Source of the DNA: an uncultured Actinomycetota bacterium
Lineage (GTDB): Bacteria > Actinomycetota > Actinomycetes > JAHEKZ01
Direction of reading: 5' to 3'
NCBI GenBank assembly: GCA_963829525.1
Contig: CAWHIJ010000003.1
Span: forward strand, 2,240,001-2,304,000
DNA length: 64,000 bases
A program made the position numbers and the translations under genes. Below, in pieces: positions 32,963-44,442 of the stretch (within the stretch, counting starts at the first letter, position 1; every line of letters begins with the position of its first letter). The notes beneath the pieces were generated by a model that was not told the DNA's origin, made no database searches, and saw only the letters and a list, made by a program, of their open reading frames with translations.

Positions 32963-34672
32963 TCACTCGACGCCGATCAGCAACGGATAGTGCGACTGGC
33001 CTCCGTCGTAGACCACGACCTCTACGTCGAGCCGCGTCTGGTGGAGGTGTCGTCGCACCGCCTCGGCCAAGGGCCGACCGGGCAGCGGATCCTCACCACA
33101 AACGAGGGTGACCAGCTCACCTCCCGCGGCCAGCATCCGGTCCGTGACAGCGCAGGCGACCACCTCTGCGGCGTCACCGAGTACGACGATGTCGTTCTCC
33201 ACCAAACCGAGGATCTGTCCGGGGTGGCAGATCCCAGCCGACGTCATGGCTTCCCGCTCGGCTCTGGCTAGCCCTCCGAACCGGGTGGCTGCGGCCGCAG
33301 CGGACATGGCGACGACGTCCTCGGTGAACGTTCGCTCGACATCTCGCACGGCCATCGCGGCTAACCCCTGGACGTCGGCGTGCGTGGGCAGAACGGCGAC
33401 CTGTGTGCCCTTCTCGCGCAGCTCGACGGCCGCCGCCTCGGCCGCCGCTCGATGATCGTCGTCGTTGGGCAGCAGCAGAACTTCCTCCGCAGACCCGGCT
33501 GAGGCAACGAGCGCAGCCGGGGTGGGACGGTGGCCCGACCCACCGATGACGACCGCTGCCCCAGCCGCTTCGAAAAGTGCCGCAAGAGCCGGACCCGATG
33601 CCACGGCAACAACCTGCCGAGGGCCGCCACGCCCCAGCACGTGATCGCCATGGCCAGTTGGCAGTGTCGGCGTCATGGTCGATTGCGGGCGGAGCGGGGT
33701 GATGCGGATCCGATAGACCCGACCGGCGGCCACGCCGATCTCGACAGCTGGGCCGGCGTCGTCGGTGTGCACGTGGACGTTCCACAAGCCGTCTCCGCCC
33801 ACCACGACCACCGATGCCCCGATTTCATCGAGCCGCTGACGAACCTGCGAGGCGGCATCGTCACCAGCATCGAGCAGGTACATGACCTCGAAGGCGCCGT
33901 CACCGTCGCCGAGGAGCTGAGCGGCGTGGACTGCGGCCGACAGGTGCCCGGGCTCGGGCGCCGGAGCGTGGCCGAGCCCAAAGCTGCTGAGCACCGCGGC
34001 CGCAGATGAGGCGCTCGGGTCGACGGTGGCCCGCAGGGCTTCCAGGATCAGGACCAGCCCCTGACCGCCGGCATCAACCACCCCCGCTGCCGCGAGCACG
34101 GGCAATAGCTCTGGCGTCACCGCCAATGCATCGGCGGCGCCATCGGCAGCTGCCGCGGTCACAGCGGCTAGGCCGGCGCTCACCTGATCTGTTGCGGCTA
34201 CGGACGCAGCAGCGGAGACGGTCAAGATTGTCCCTTCAACCGGTCGCGCCACTCCTGTGTAGGCGAGCTCTGCGGCCCTGACCAATGCGGCCGCCAGCAC
34301 CGACGCCGCATCGGCCGCTTGGAGTCGTTGGTCCTGCGGCCCGGTGGACTCCGCGAACGTCTCCGCAATCCCGCGCAGGAGCTGGGCCACGATGACACCT
34401 GAGTTGCCCCGGGCACCGAGCAGGGCGCCACGCGACCAGGCGGCTGCGGCGGCGGCGAGGGGCGGCACGCCGTCGGGTCGGCCGGCAATGGCCTCAGCCA
34501 GCGCCGTGGATGCTGCCTGCCAGGTCAACAGGAGATTTGTGCCCGTGTCGCCGTCGGGCACCGGGAAGACGTTGAGTGCATCGATGTCATAGCGAGCCGC
34601 CTGCAGGAGGACCTCACCGCGGCTGGCCCAGTCTGTCAGCTGGTCGCATCCGAACTCTGTCGTCACGCTCAC
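32963..34672 (-). CDS. DAK2-domain protein (fatty acid kinase FakA-like)
   Basis: NVFPVPDGDTGTN, GARGNSG, VVDAGG, GGQSHYPLLIGVE. Confidence 0.92.
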   Translation of the reverse strand: MSVTTEFGCDQLTDWASRGEVLLQAARYDIDALNVFPVPDGDTGTNLLLTWQAASTALAEAIAGRPDGVPPLAAAAAAWSRGALLGARGNSGVIVAQLLRGIAETFAESTGPQDQRLQAADAASVLAAALVRAAELAYTGVARPVEGTILTVSAAASVAATDQVSAGLAAVTAAAADGAADALAVTPELLPVLAAAGVVDAGGQGLVLILEALRATVDPSASSAAAVLSSFGLGHAPAPEPGHLSAAVHAAQLLGDGDGAFEVMYLLDAGDDAASQVRQRLDEIGASVVVVGGDGLWNVHVHTDDAGPAVEIGVAAGRVYRIRITPLRPQSTMTPTLPTGHGDHVLGRGGPRQVVAVASGPALAALFEAAGAAVVIGGSGHRPTPAALVASAGSAEEVLLLPNDDDHRAAAEAAAVELREKGTQVAVLPTHADVQGLAAMAVRDVERTFTEDVVAMSAAAAATRFGGLARAEREAMTSAGICHPGQILGLVENDIVVLGDAAEVVACAVTDRMLAAGGELVTLVCGEDPLPGRPLAEAVRRHLHQTRLDVEVVVYDGGQSHYPLLIGVE

Positions 34673-34925
34673 CTCCTCTCGGCACTCTGCTAGGCGTCCA
34701 GCGGATGCCGGCCCGGCACCAGACGGGTGAGCCTAACGGGACCAACCGACGTCCGGTTTGGGTCCGCCAGAGCCGATCGGGTAGTCTGACGTGGCTGTCG
34801 CAGGCAGGTCTCGGCCCCCGAGAACCCCCGCTCAGCATCCCGAGATACCGGTAACTACCCGCGCATGCGCTCCGGCGATGCGCCCCTGCGGCAGAAGACG
34901 CCGCCTGAGTCCTGGAGGAGCCACC

Positions 34926-35111
34926 GTGGCTGCCAAGTGTGACGTCTGTGGCAAGGGCCCGGGCTTCGGTAACAGCATCTCCCACTCGCACCGCCGCACG
35001 CCACGCCGCTGGAACCCGAACGTCCAGACGGTTCGTACGACGATCGGTGGCACGCCCACCAAGCTGACTGTCTGCACGTCGTGTATCAAGGCCGGCAAGG
35101 TCACCCGCTAA
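34926..35111 (+). CDS. rpmB: 50S ribosomal protein L28 (Zn-ribbon form)
   Basis: [14 protein letters not shown]...RRWNPN...[11 protein letters not shown]; GGAGG SD. Confidence 0.96.
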   Translation: MAAKCDVCGKGPGFGNSISHSHRRTPRRWNPNVQTVRTTIGGTPTKLTVCTSCIKAGKVTR

Positions 35112-35120
35112 CCACCGTTG

Positions 35121-36125
35121 TTACCCGTCGAAGTGCCGGTGGCCCGACGGTCCGCTCCACTGCTCCCCGTCGACGGTGACTAGATGCTCCCCTTGAGGGT
35201 CAGCCGATGATCGTGCGCGCTCCTTCACGCTCCCGATTCGGGTGAACCCCTCTGGTAGCAGAGCGTCGGCAGCAAACGCTCCCACCAGGGCGTGGTCGTG
35301 GCCTCCGGTCAGGACCCATGGCAGGGGATCACTTCCGTAGGCAGCCGCCACCGTCGCCACCGGATCACCGATGGCGACGAGGTTGCTCTCGATGTCGATA
35401 CGCACGTCACTGCTGACGGCGATGTGCCCAAGGTCAGCAACGAGGCCATCACTGACGTCGCACATCGCGTGCACCCCTGAAGCCGCAGCACCCAAGGCCG
35501 CCTCGTACGGGACCTCAGGGCGACGGTAGGCCTCGACAAGTGCCCGCGGCGACCGAAAGCCGCGAGTCAGCACGGCCAGTCCGGCTTCGGCCCATCCCAG
35601 ACGACCGGCGACGGCGACCTGGTCCCCAGCAACGGCTCCGCTGCGCAACACAGGAGCTCGTCCCCCGAGCCCCCCGATCCCTGTCACCGTCACCGAGATG
35701 GTCTCTCCTCCGGACAGGTCGCCCCCGACGACCGACGCCCCCGTGAGCGCTGCCTCGTCGCGCAGTCCGTCGGCGATCCGAAGCACCCAAGCGGCATCAG
35801 TCGAACGAGGAGCGGTCAGGGCCACCACAAGCGCCACCGGGCTCGCACCCATCGATACGAGGTCTGCCAGGCTCGCAGCAGCGGCTCGCCTGCCGATGTC
35901 GTCGGCGCCCGACCAGTCTGTCCGGAAGTGCACTCCGGCCACCAGGACGTCGGTCGTGAGCACGATGGGCGTGTGGTCGACCAGCACAACGGCGGCGTCG
36001 TCGCCTGGCGGCACCGAGACCTCCGCACCCTGGGGCAGACGGCGGGTAATGGCCTCGATCAAGGCGAACTCGCCCCTGCCCCCGATCGAGTCGGCAGGGT
36101 TCTGGGCTGCTGAGGGGTCGCTCAT
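35121..36125 (-). CDS. thiL: thiamine-monophosphate kinase
   Basis: GEFALI, GDDAA, DVSDGL motifs. Confidence 0.94.
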   Translation of the reverse strand: MSDPSAAQNPADSIGGRGEFALIEAITRRLPQGAEVSVPPGDDAAVVLVDHTPIVLTTDVLVAGVHFRTDWSGADDIGRRAAAASLADLVSMGASPVALVVALTAPRSTDAAWVLRIADGLRDEAALTGASVVGGDLSGGETISVTVTGIGGLGGRAPVLRSGAVAGDQVAVAGRLGWAEAGLAVLTRGFRSPRALVEAYRRPEVPYEAALGAAASGVHAMCDVSDGLVADLGHIAVSSDVRIDIESNLVAIGDPVATVAAAYGSDPLPWVLTGGHDHALVGAFAADALLPEGFTRIGSVKERARSSADPQGEHLVTVDGEQWSGPSGHRHFDG

Positions 36126-36170
36126 CGCACACCCGACCGGGTACGGTCATGGCCTGCAGACGGGAGACTT

Positions 36171-36407
36171 GTGATGGTCACGGCATACATCTTGATCCAG
36201 ACCGAGGTGGGGCGCGCAGCCGAGGTGGCTGACCAGATCGCAAAGGTCGCCGGTGTCACGCTGTCGGAGAATCTCATCGGGGCCTACGACGTCATTGTGC
36301 GCGCCGAGGCCAACAGCGACGACGAGCTCGGCCGGTTCGTGGTCGCCCAGGTCCAGGCGGTCCCCGGAATCACCCGAACCTTGACCTGTCCAGTCATCAA
36401 CCTCTGA
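36171..36407 (+). CDS. Lrp/AsnC ligand-binding-domain protein
   Basis: AYILIQTEVG...GAYDVI...RTLTCPV. Confidence 0.9.
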   Translation: MMVTAYILIQTEVGRAAEVADQIAKVAGVTLSENLIGAYDVIVRAEANSDDELGRFVVAQVQAVPGITRTLTCPVINL

Positions 36408-36410
36408 GGC

Positions 36411-36893
36411 GTGCGAGTCGCCCCGCTGCTCACCCTCCTTGCGGTCGTGTCCGGCTGCTCTGGCGCCGTGGAAGTAACCGCTCCGAGCAATGTCGACCCG
36501 GAAACCGCGCAGATCTGTGCTGACCTCGTCGGCGCGCTCCCCGAGAGGGTGTCCGGTCAAGATGCCCAGGACACTGACCCGGAGTCGACGCTCACTGCCG
36601 CCTGGGGTGACCCGGCCATCGTCTTGCGATGCGGCGTACCGCGACCCGCCGCCCTGCAAGCCACGTCATCGCTGACCAACGTCAATGGAGTCGACTGGTT
36701 CGCCGAAGAACTGACTGGCGGCTACCTCTTCACCACCTACGGACGCCAGCCGTACGTTGAGGTGACTGTTCCTGACACGTATTCGCCGGAGATCGGACCG
36801 GTCGCAGAACTCTCCGCGACCGTCGCCGACACCGTGCCGGAGGGATCGGAGGCGGAACCGACGCCCTCCCCCAGCCTCACGACGTCACCGTAG
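36411..36893 (+). CDS. DUF3515 family lipoprotein
   Basis: Lipobox VSGC; AAWGDPAIVLRCGV; VNGVDW. Confidence 0.85.
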   Translation: MRVAPLLTLLAVVSGCSGAVEVTAPSNVDPETAQICADLVGALPERVSGQDAQDTDPESTLTAAWGDPAIVLRCGVPRPAALQATSSLTNVNGVDWFAEELTGGYLFTTYGRQPYVEVTVPDTYSPEIGPVAELSATVADTVPEGSEAEPTPSPSLTTSP

Positions 36894-37997
36894 GCCGCGG
36901 CGCTTTCCCAGGGCCGTGCGTACCAGGCGGGCGACGAGATCGGGATACTCGACGCCGGAGGCCTGCCACATCCGTGGAAAGAGTGAGATGTGCGTGAAGC
37001 CGGGGATGGTGTTGATCTCGTTCAGCACCACCTCACCGTCGTCGGTGACGAAGAAGTCCACCCGGGCATAGTCCTCGCAACCCACAGCGTCGAAGACGGC
37101 ACAGGCGGCTCGCCGTACGCGCTCGGAGACCTCCTCGGGAAGATCAGCCGGAACGGCCAGCTCGGTGACATCGTCAAGGTACTTGGCCTCGAAGTCATAG
37201 AACGTATGGTCCCCAAGCACGCGAACCTCGGCACACACACTCGCTTCCGGTCCACGACCGTCGGTGCGAGCCAACACCCCACACTCGATCTCGCGGCCGA
37301 CGATGCCCTGCTCGACCACCACCTTGGGGTCGTGCTCACGCGCCGCCTCGATCGCCGGCTCGAGGTCGGCCCAGTCGGTCACGCGGGTGATGCCGACACT
37401 GGAACCGGCCCTGGCGGGTTTGACGAAGACCGGCAGCGACAGAACACGCACCGACCGCAGCGCGCGCTCCCGGTCGAACGACCAGTCGCGGTCAGCGATG
37501 ACGACGAACGGGGCCTGCGCGATTCCCGCCGCCGCCACCAAGATCTTCGTGACCGCCTTGTCCATCGCAGCCGCACTGGCCAGGACCCCTGATCCCACGT
37601 AAGGGACCCCGGCAAGCTCGAGCAGGCCCTGGATCGTCCCGTCTTCCCCATAGGGACCGTGCAGGAGCGGGAAGACCACGTCGACATCGGCCAGCACCTC
37701 GGGAACGTGGCCTGGCTCGTGCACACTCAACGCCCGGGAAGGGTCAGCGGTCCACGCCACCGGGGGGCCGGTGTCGTCGCCGACCGAGGGAAGCCGACCG
37801 TCGTCGATCGCGAGCCGTTCAGGATCGGAGTCGACCAGCACCCAGCGACCCTCTGGGGTGATCCCTACCGGCACGACATCAAACTGCTCGGGGTCGAGCG
37901 CTCGTAGGACGCCACCGGCGGAGATGCACGAGATCTGGTGCTCGGTGCTGCGTCCCCCGAAGACAACGGCAACGCGAATACGGGGTGAGGAGATCAC
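36885..37997 (-). CDS. ddl: D-alanine--D-alanine ligase
   Basis: FGGRSTEH, LHGPYGEDG, NEINTIPGFT. Confidence 0.96.
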   Translation of the reverse strand: MISSPRIRVAVVFGGRSTEHQISCISAGGVLRALDPEQFDVVPVGITPEGRWVLVDSDPERLAIDDGRLPSVGDDTGPPVAWTADPSRALSVHEPGHVPEVLADVDVVFPLLHGPYGEDGTIQGLLELAGVPYVGSGVLASAAAMDKAVTKILVAAAGIAQAPFVVIADRDWSFDRERALRSVRVLSLPVFVKPARAGSSVGITRVTDWADLEPAIEAAREHDPKVVVEQGIVGREIECGVLARTDGRGPEASVCAEVRVLGDHTFYDFEAKYLDDVTELAVPADLPEEVSERVRRAACAVFDAVGCEDYARVDFFVTDDGEVVLNEINTIPGFTHISLFPRMWQASGVEYPDLVARLVRTALGKRRGLR

Positions 37998-38001
37998 CGG
38001 C

Positions 38002-39027
38002 TCAGCCTATGTCGGGCGCCACGGCGCGGTGCCACTCCGGCTTGGCAACCCGACTCATCAACGACACAACCATGTCACGCGGCGACCAGCCCTGCTCGAT
38101 CACTCCGGAGACGTGCTCGGTGATAGGCATGTCCACCTGGTGCTCCTGGGCCAGCTCCAGTACCGCTGCGCAAGACGTGACGCCCTCGGCTGTCTGGGCG
38201 GTGATCGCGGCAACCTCATCCATCGTCATCCCACGGCCGAGGTTCTCGCCGAACGTGCGGTTCCGTGAGAGCGGGGACGAGCAGGTCGCGATCAGGTCTC
38301 CCACTCCAGCCAGCCCCATGAAGGTCAGCGGGTCTGCCTCCATGGCAACCCCCAGTCGGGTCATCTCGGCCAGTCCCCGCGTCATGATCGCCGCTTTGCT
38401 GTTGTCGCCGAAGCCCATCCCTTCGGCCATGCCGGTGGCCAAAGCGATGACGTTCTTCACCACTCCGCCGAGCTCAACCCCGACGACATCGGCGTTGGTG
38501 TAAGGGCGAAAATAGGGGGTTCTGGTCCACTCCTGGACCTGGGTGGCGACGTCCCCATCGGCACACGCGATCACGCTGGCGGTCGGTTGACGCTGTACCA
38601 CCTCGCGGGCGAGGTTCGGGCCGGAGAGCACCGCGATGCGTTCGGCCGGACAGTTCCCCTCCGACGCCACCACCTCGCTCATCCGGGCGTGCGAGCCCTG
38701 CTCGAGGCCCTTCAGGAGGCTGAGCACGACGGCCTTGGGCGGGATCTGTTCCGCCCACATCGAGAGGTTGGCCCGCAGTGACTGAGCCGGGACAGCCAAC
38801 ACCACCAGATCGGCACTGGACAGTGCCTCGCGCGTGTCAGCGAAGGCTGTCACCCTCGCTGGCAGCTCGAGGTCTGGATGGAACTGGGCATTGCGGCGTG
38901 ATGAGTTCACGGCGGCAACTGTTGTCGGGTTGCGCCCCCAAAGGCGTACCTCGTGGCCGGCGTCGGCAAGGACGAGACCGAAGGCGGTGCCCCACGAGCC
39001 GAGCCCCATGACGGCTGCCTGCATCAC
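38002..39027 (-). CDS. gpsA: NAD(P)H-dependent glycerol-3-phosphate dehydrogenase
   Basis: GLGSWGT, LSGPNLA, GLAGVGDL..TC.S..SRN. Confidence 0.96.
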   Translation of the reverse strand: MMQAAVMGLGSWGTAFGLVLADAGHEVRLWGRNPTTVAAVNSSRRNAQFHPDLELPARVTAFADTREALSSADLVVLAVPAQSLRANLSMWAEQIPPKAVVLSLLKGLEQGSHARMSEVVASEGNCPAERIAVLSGPNLAREVVQRQPTASVIACADGDVATQVQEWTRTPYFRPYTNADVVGVELGGVVKNVIALATGMAEGMGFGDNSKAAIMTRGLAEMTRLGVAMEADPLTFMGLAGVGDLIATCSSPLSRNRTFGENLGRGMTMDEVAAITAQTAEGVTSCAAVLELAQEHQVDMPITEHVSGVIEQGWSPRDMVVSLMSRVAKPEWHRAVAPDIG

Positions 39028-39082
39028 GGCCTCCTTCTAGTTCTGACGTCGCTCAGGTGATCACAGTCGCGCTCACGACGCG

Positions 39083-39835
39083 TCACACCGGGTCGCGACC
39101 GGCGCGGCTCTGATTCTTGCGTGGGTTACCGGTCCGTGGCAGGTCGGACGCGCGCGGGTCGAACAGTGAAGTTGGCGCGAGGTCGTGCCGGAGATCGGCG
39201 AGCAGTCCGCTCACCGACGTCATGATCGCGCCGGTGAGTGCGCGAAAGTCCGGAGGATCGGTCGTCGAGAGCTCAAGAGGGGGCCCGGCCAGCACCCGAA
39301 TCAGCGGTCTGCGCCACACCCGGGGTACCCGACCGTACGGCGCAAGGAGTTCTTCTGGCCCCCACTGTGCGACCGGAATGACGGGGCACCTGGTCTGCCA
39401 CCACACGCGGGCGGCCCCTGTCTTGCCCAGCATCGGCCAGAGGTCGGGATCCCGTGTCAGCGTTCCCTCGGGGTAGATCACGACGCACTCACCCCTTCGC
39501 ACCGCGTCCACGGCAGCCGCCAGGGCCGAGCCCGCGTGCTCGCTCTCTCGCTGGACGGGGATCTGACCGGCCGCGTGGAGCAGGTCACCGAGGACCGGAA
39601 CGTCGAAGAGTTCAGCCTTCCCCAAGAATCGCGGACGCCGGCCCGCGGCGTCGACGAAGTCAGCAATGGTCAGAGGGTCCGCGTGCGAGACGTGGTTGGA
39701 CACGACAACACAGCCGCCTTCGGCCGGAAGGTGCTCCTGGCCGCTCCATTCCCGGCGACTGGCGATTCGCAGGGCGGGGCGGAGGATCGCGCGGGCCACC
39801 GAGTACGTGGCACCAGGGCCGCTGGCAGCGCCCAC
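39083..39835 (-). CDS. 1-acyl-sn-glycerol-3-phosphate acyltransferase (PlsC family)
   Basis: NHVSHAD and YPEGT motifs; start approximate. Confidence 0.9.
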   Translation of the reverse strand: MGAASGPGATYSVARAILRPALRIASRREWSGQEHLPAEGGCVVVSNHVSHADPLTIADFVDAAGRRPRFLGKAELFDVPVLGDLLHAAGQIPVQRESEHAGSALAAAVDAVRRGECVVIYPEGTLTRDPDLWPMLGKTGAARVWWQTRCPVIPVAQWGPEELLAPYGRVPRVWRRPLIRVLAGPPLELSTTDPPDFRALTGAIMTSVSGLLADLRHDLAPTSLFDPRASDLPRTGNPRKNQSRAGRDPV

Positions 39836-39958
39836 ATGCACCTCTCTCCACACCTCTCCCCGCCGGGCTGCCCTTGAGTCTCGTCCCAGCACCCCGCGGT
39901 GTCGAGGACCGCCACCTGCCAGCCGCCCGGCACGAACCATCCCCGTACGCTGCCCCAA

Positions 39959-40588
39959 ATGTGGCACGTGGTCGTTCCCCTCAAAGGCTGGGGCGCTGCC
40001 AAGTCGCGTCTTGCGCTGCCGAAGGCTGCCAGGCGCCAGATGGTGCAGGCGATGGCATCAGACACACTCGCGACACTCACGGCCTGCCCAGAGGTTCAGA
40101 CCGTCTCGGTGCTCGTGCGCGATCGCGATCTCATCCGTTCGCCGGTGCTGCGGGATATCGCCACCGTTGTTGCCCAACCGGATGACGCCCCCTCGCTCAA
40201 TGCGGCGCTCACTTGGTTCGCGACGACCGTCCTCACCGAGCCGGGGCCGCTCGCGGTCGTGGTTGCCGATCTCCCCGCCCTGACGGTCACCTCGCTGTCA
40301 AAGGTTCTCCGTCAGGCGCAGCAACACTCCTCCGCCATGGTTGCCGACCGCTCAAACTCAGGGACGACTGTCCTGACCGCACTCGTGGCCGCCCACGTGG
40401 ACCCGCACTTTGGGCCGCGCTCTGCGGCAGCCCATCGAACGGCCGGCGCGACTTTGGTGACCAGTCCTGCCGACGTGGCCTGCGACGTCGACACGCTCGC
40501 TGATCTCGCCCATGCGCGACTGCTCGGGGTGGGTCCGCAAACCGCCACTTTGCTGACCGACTCGGCTATCAGCACCTGGCTAGGCTGA
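39959..40588 (+). CDS. cofC: 2-phospho-L-lactate guanylyltransferase (F420 biosynthesis)
   Basis: VPLK...AKSRL, ADLPAL, DVDT.ADL. Confidence 0.9.
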   Translation: MWHVVVPLKGWGAAKSRLALPKAARRQMVQAMASDTLATLTACPEVQTVSVLVRDRDLIRSPVLRDIATVVAQPDDAPSLNAALTWFATTVLTEPGPLAVVVADLPALTVTSLSKVLRQAQQHSSAMVADRSNSGTTVLTALVAAHVDPHFGPRSAAAHRTAGATLVTSPADVACDVDTLADLAHARLLGVGPQTATLLTDSAISTWLG

Positions 40589-40593
40589 CCGTC

Positions 40594-40824
40594 ATGAGCG
40601 GCCACCCCATGCAGGCAACGGTGCATGAGTTCGACGCCAGGACCGGAGTCGGGTCGGTGATCACCGACCAGGGTCTGGTGATTCCGTTCGGACCTGACTC
40701 GTGGGAGTCAGGTCCCCTGCTGACAATGCGTCAGGGCCAGCGAGTTCGCGTGGCGATCGCTGGAACAGGTGTCGACGCCGCGGTAACCGCGCTGACGCTG
40801 GTGACGTTCCCACCACTTTCGTAG
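40594..40824 (+). CDS. small cold-shock/OB-fold-like protein
   Basis: MQATVHEFD..TG.GSV.TD.G...GQRVRV; common cofC neighbour. Confidence 0.75.
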   Translation: MSGHPMQATVHEFDARTGVGSVITDQGLVIPFGPDSWESGPLLTMRQGQRVRVAIAGTGVDAAVTALTLVTFPPLS

Positions 40825-40834
40825 AAGCATGCGA

Positions 40835-40866
40835 GAAGGCCCGGACCGCATGCGGTCCGGGCCTTC
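40835..40866. terminator. bidirectional hairpin terminator
   Basis: Perfect 32-bp palindrome GAAGGCCCGGACCGCATGCGGTCCGGGCCTTC between convergent genes. Confidence 0.8.
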
Positions 40867-40880
40867 GTCGCCTGCCTGGT

Positions 40881-41333
40881 CTAGCGCTTACGCGCCGTCT
40901 TCTTGGCTGCTGTCTTGCGAGCCGGGGCCTTCTTGGCAGCGGTCTTGCGGACCGGGGCCTTCTTGGCAGCGGTCTTGCGAGCGGGCGCCTTCTTGGCGGT
41001 GGCCTTCTTTGTCGTCTTCTTGGCAGCGGCCTTCTTGGCCGGAGCGGCAAGCTTCTTCTCGCCGTTCACGACAGCCTTGAACTCCGCACCCGCTGTGAAC
41101 TTGGGAACGGACTTCTTCTTGGTCTTGACGGTAGCGCCGGTCTGCGGGTTACGGGCAGTGCCAGCGGGACGGATGCGACGCTCGAACTTGCCGAAACCGG
41201 TGATCGCGACGGCCTCACCCTTGGCCACCTGGCGAGTGATCGTGCCGATCACCGCCTCGAGCGCGTTGTGGGCAGCGCGGCGGTTCCCGTCGAACTGGCC
41301 GGCGAGTTCATCAATCAACTGAGCCTTGTTCAC
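40881..41333 (-). CDS. hup: HU family DNA-binding protein with Lys/Ala-rich tail
   Basis: MNKAQLI, GFGKFE, RNPQTG; KKAPARKTAA repeats (30-bp tandem units at about 40900-41000). Confidence 0.95.
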   Translation of the reverse strand: MNKAQLIDELAGQFDGNRRAAHNALEAVIGTITRQVAKGEAVAITGFGKFERRIRPAGTARNPQTGATVKTKKKSVPKFTAGAEFKAVVNGEKKLAAPAKKAAAKKTTKKATAKKAPARKTAAKKAPVRKTAAKKAPARKTAAKKTARKR

Positions 41334-41500
41334 TACTTCCCCTTCGAAAGCCTGTGCGGTCGGGCGTTTTCCCGACCGATGGGAACGTTAGGCAATCTGG
41401 GGCCAGGACACAATGCATACACGCCGGAAAACGCCTTGTGTTGCAAGGAGATTCGTCACACCTGGACTCATCATGCTTGGCGATCGCTCTGGGCGAACCC

Positions 41501-42094
41501 TTACCCGGTAACGGTTGTGGGCATCCAGACTGGTCGAGCCGCCTCGAACTCGGTGATGAGATCGGTGTGGCGCAAGGTCAAACCCACGTCATCGAGACCC
41601 TCGAGCAGACGCCACTGCGCATAGTCATCGAGCTCGAACGGCACTGTTTCACCAGCAAATCGCACACCGCGAGCCTGCAGATCCACGCTGACCTCGATCG
41701 CGGGGTCGGCCTCGGCCGCTTCCCACAAGCGCTCAACGACATCTTCGGGGAGCTCAATGGTCAGCAGCCCTCCCTTGAGGCTGTTGCCTCTGAAGATGTC
41801 AGCAAAGCGTGGCGAGATGACGACGCGGAACCCGTAGTTCTGCAGTGCCCACACAGCGTGTTCGCGAGAGGATCCGGTGCCGAACTCAGGTCCGGCGACG
41901 AGGACGGTGGCTCCCGCGTACTGCGGCTGGTTGAGGACGAAGTCGGGGTCCTTGCGCCATGCCGCGAACAAACCGTCCTCAAACCCGTCGCGGGTGATTC
42001 GCTTCAGGTAGACGGCAGGGATGATCTGGTCGGTGTCGACATTGCTACGACGAAGCGGCAACATGCGACCCACGTGCGTGGTGAACTTCTCCAT
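41501..42094 (-). CDS. leuD: 3-isopropylmalate dehydratase small subunit
   Basis: [19 protein letters not shown]. Confidence 0.97.
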   Translation of the reverse strand: MEKFTTHVGRMLPLRRSNVDTDQIIPAVYLKRITRDGFEDGLFAAWRKDPDFVLNQPQYAGATVLVAGPEFGTGSSREHAVWALQNYGFRVVISPRFADIFRGNSLKGGLLTIELPEDVVERLWEAAEADPAIEVSVDLQARGVRFAGETVPFELDDYAQWRLLEGLDDVGLTLRHTDLITEFEAARPVWMPTTVTG

Positions 42095-42109
42095 CGTTGG
42101 CTCCGATTC

Positions 42110-43555
<1,446 letters not shown>

Positions 43556-43644
43556 GGTTCCTCCTTGCTCAAGGGTTCTCTGCAACGACTCTTCGTCTCA
43601 CGGGTGTCGTGTTTGCTCACTTGCTTTTCTTCACCACTGCTTGC

Positions 43645-43661
43645 GTCTCAGATGTCGAAAC
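43645..43661. promoter_or_regulatory. candidate NdgR/IclR operator in the leuC-ndgR intergenic region
   Basis: Imperfect palindrome GTCTCAGATGTCGAAAC; 15/17 identical copy upstream of leuB. Confidence 0.6.
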
Positions 43662-43675
43662 GGCAGTATCGGGTT

Positions 43676-44392
43676 ATGGACAACTCTAGCGGAGTCGGTG
43701 TTCTGGACAAGGCCAATCTCGTGCTGGGCGCCCTCGAGGCCGGGCCACAGAACCTCGCAGGGCTGGTCACCGCAACCGGACTCGCAAGGCCAACGGCCTA
43801 CCGGCTCGCCGTCGCCCTCGAGCACCACCGCTTGGTCGGCCGTGACCTTCAGGGTCGCTTCGTGCTGGGGCCACGCCTTGGCGAGCTCGCCGCCGCGGCC
43901 GGCGAGGACCGCCTGCTCGCCGCGGCTGGTGGCATTCTCAACGCGCTTCGGGACACCACCGCAGAGAGCACTCAGCTCTACCGCCGACAGGGTGAGCAAC
44001 GTATGTGCGTTGCCGCGGCTGAACGGCTCTCCGGTCTTCGAGACACCGTCCCGGTTGGCACGGTCCTGTCGATGGCCGCCGGCTCAGCAGCCCAGGTGCT
44101 GCTCGCCTGGGAAGAGCCAGACCGTCTGCACCGTGGTCTGAAGGGGGCTCGATTCACCGCGTCCATGCTCGCCGCAGTGCGACGTCGGGGTTGGGCGCAG
44201 AGCATCGGAGAGCGTGAGGCCGGAGTGGCCAGCGTCTCGGCACCGGTCCGCGGGCCCGGCGGCAAGGTGATCGCTGCCGTCTCGGTTTCGGGGCCGTTGG
44301 AGCGCCTCACCCGACAGCCTGGACGCATGCACGCCCCGGCCGTCGTCCACGCGGCCAACTCCCTCACCGAGCTGCTGCGCGCCCACGGCTGA
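43676..44392 (+). CDS. ndgR: IclR family regulator NdgR/LtbR
   Basis: MDNSSGVGVLDKA, RGWAQSIGERE; divergent from leuC; CAGTAT 6 nt before ATG (leaderless). Confidence 0.92.
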   Translation: MDNSSGVGVLDKANLVLGALEAGPQNLAGLVTATGLARPTAYRLAVALEHHRLVGRDLQGRFVLGPRLGELAAAAGEDRLLAAAGGILNALRDTTAESTQLYRRQGEQRMCVAAAERLSGLRDTVPVGTVLSMAAGSAAQVLLAWEEPDRLHRGLKGARFTASMLAAVRRRGWAQSIGEREAGVASVSAPVRGPGGKVIAAVSVSGPLERLTRQPGRMHAPAVVHAANSLTELLRAHG

Positions 44393-44442
44393 GACATGGT
44401 CTCCTGACGCACCGCTCTCCGGTGGATCGGGGCTAATCGCGG

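Noticed and set aside
44427-44435. TCGGGGCTA matching the tRNA-Glu 3' end as an att site of the islet
   Set aside because: Only 9 bp and in inverted rather than direct orientation; no integrase
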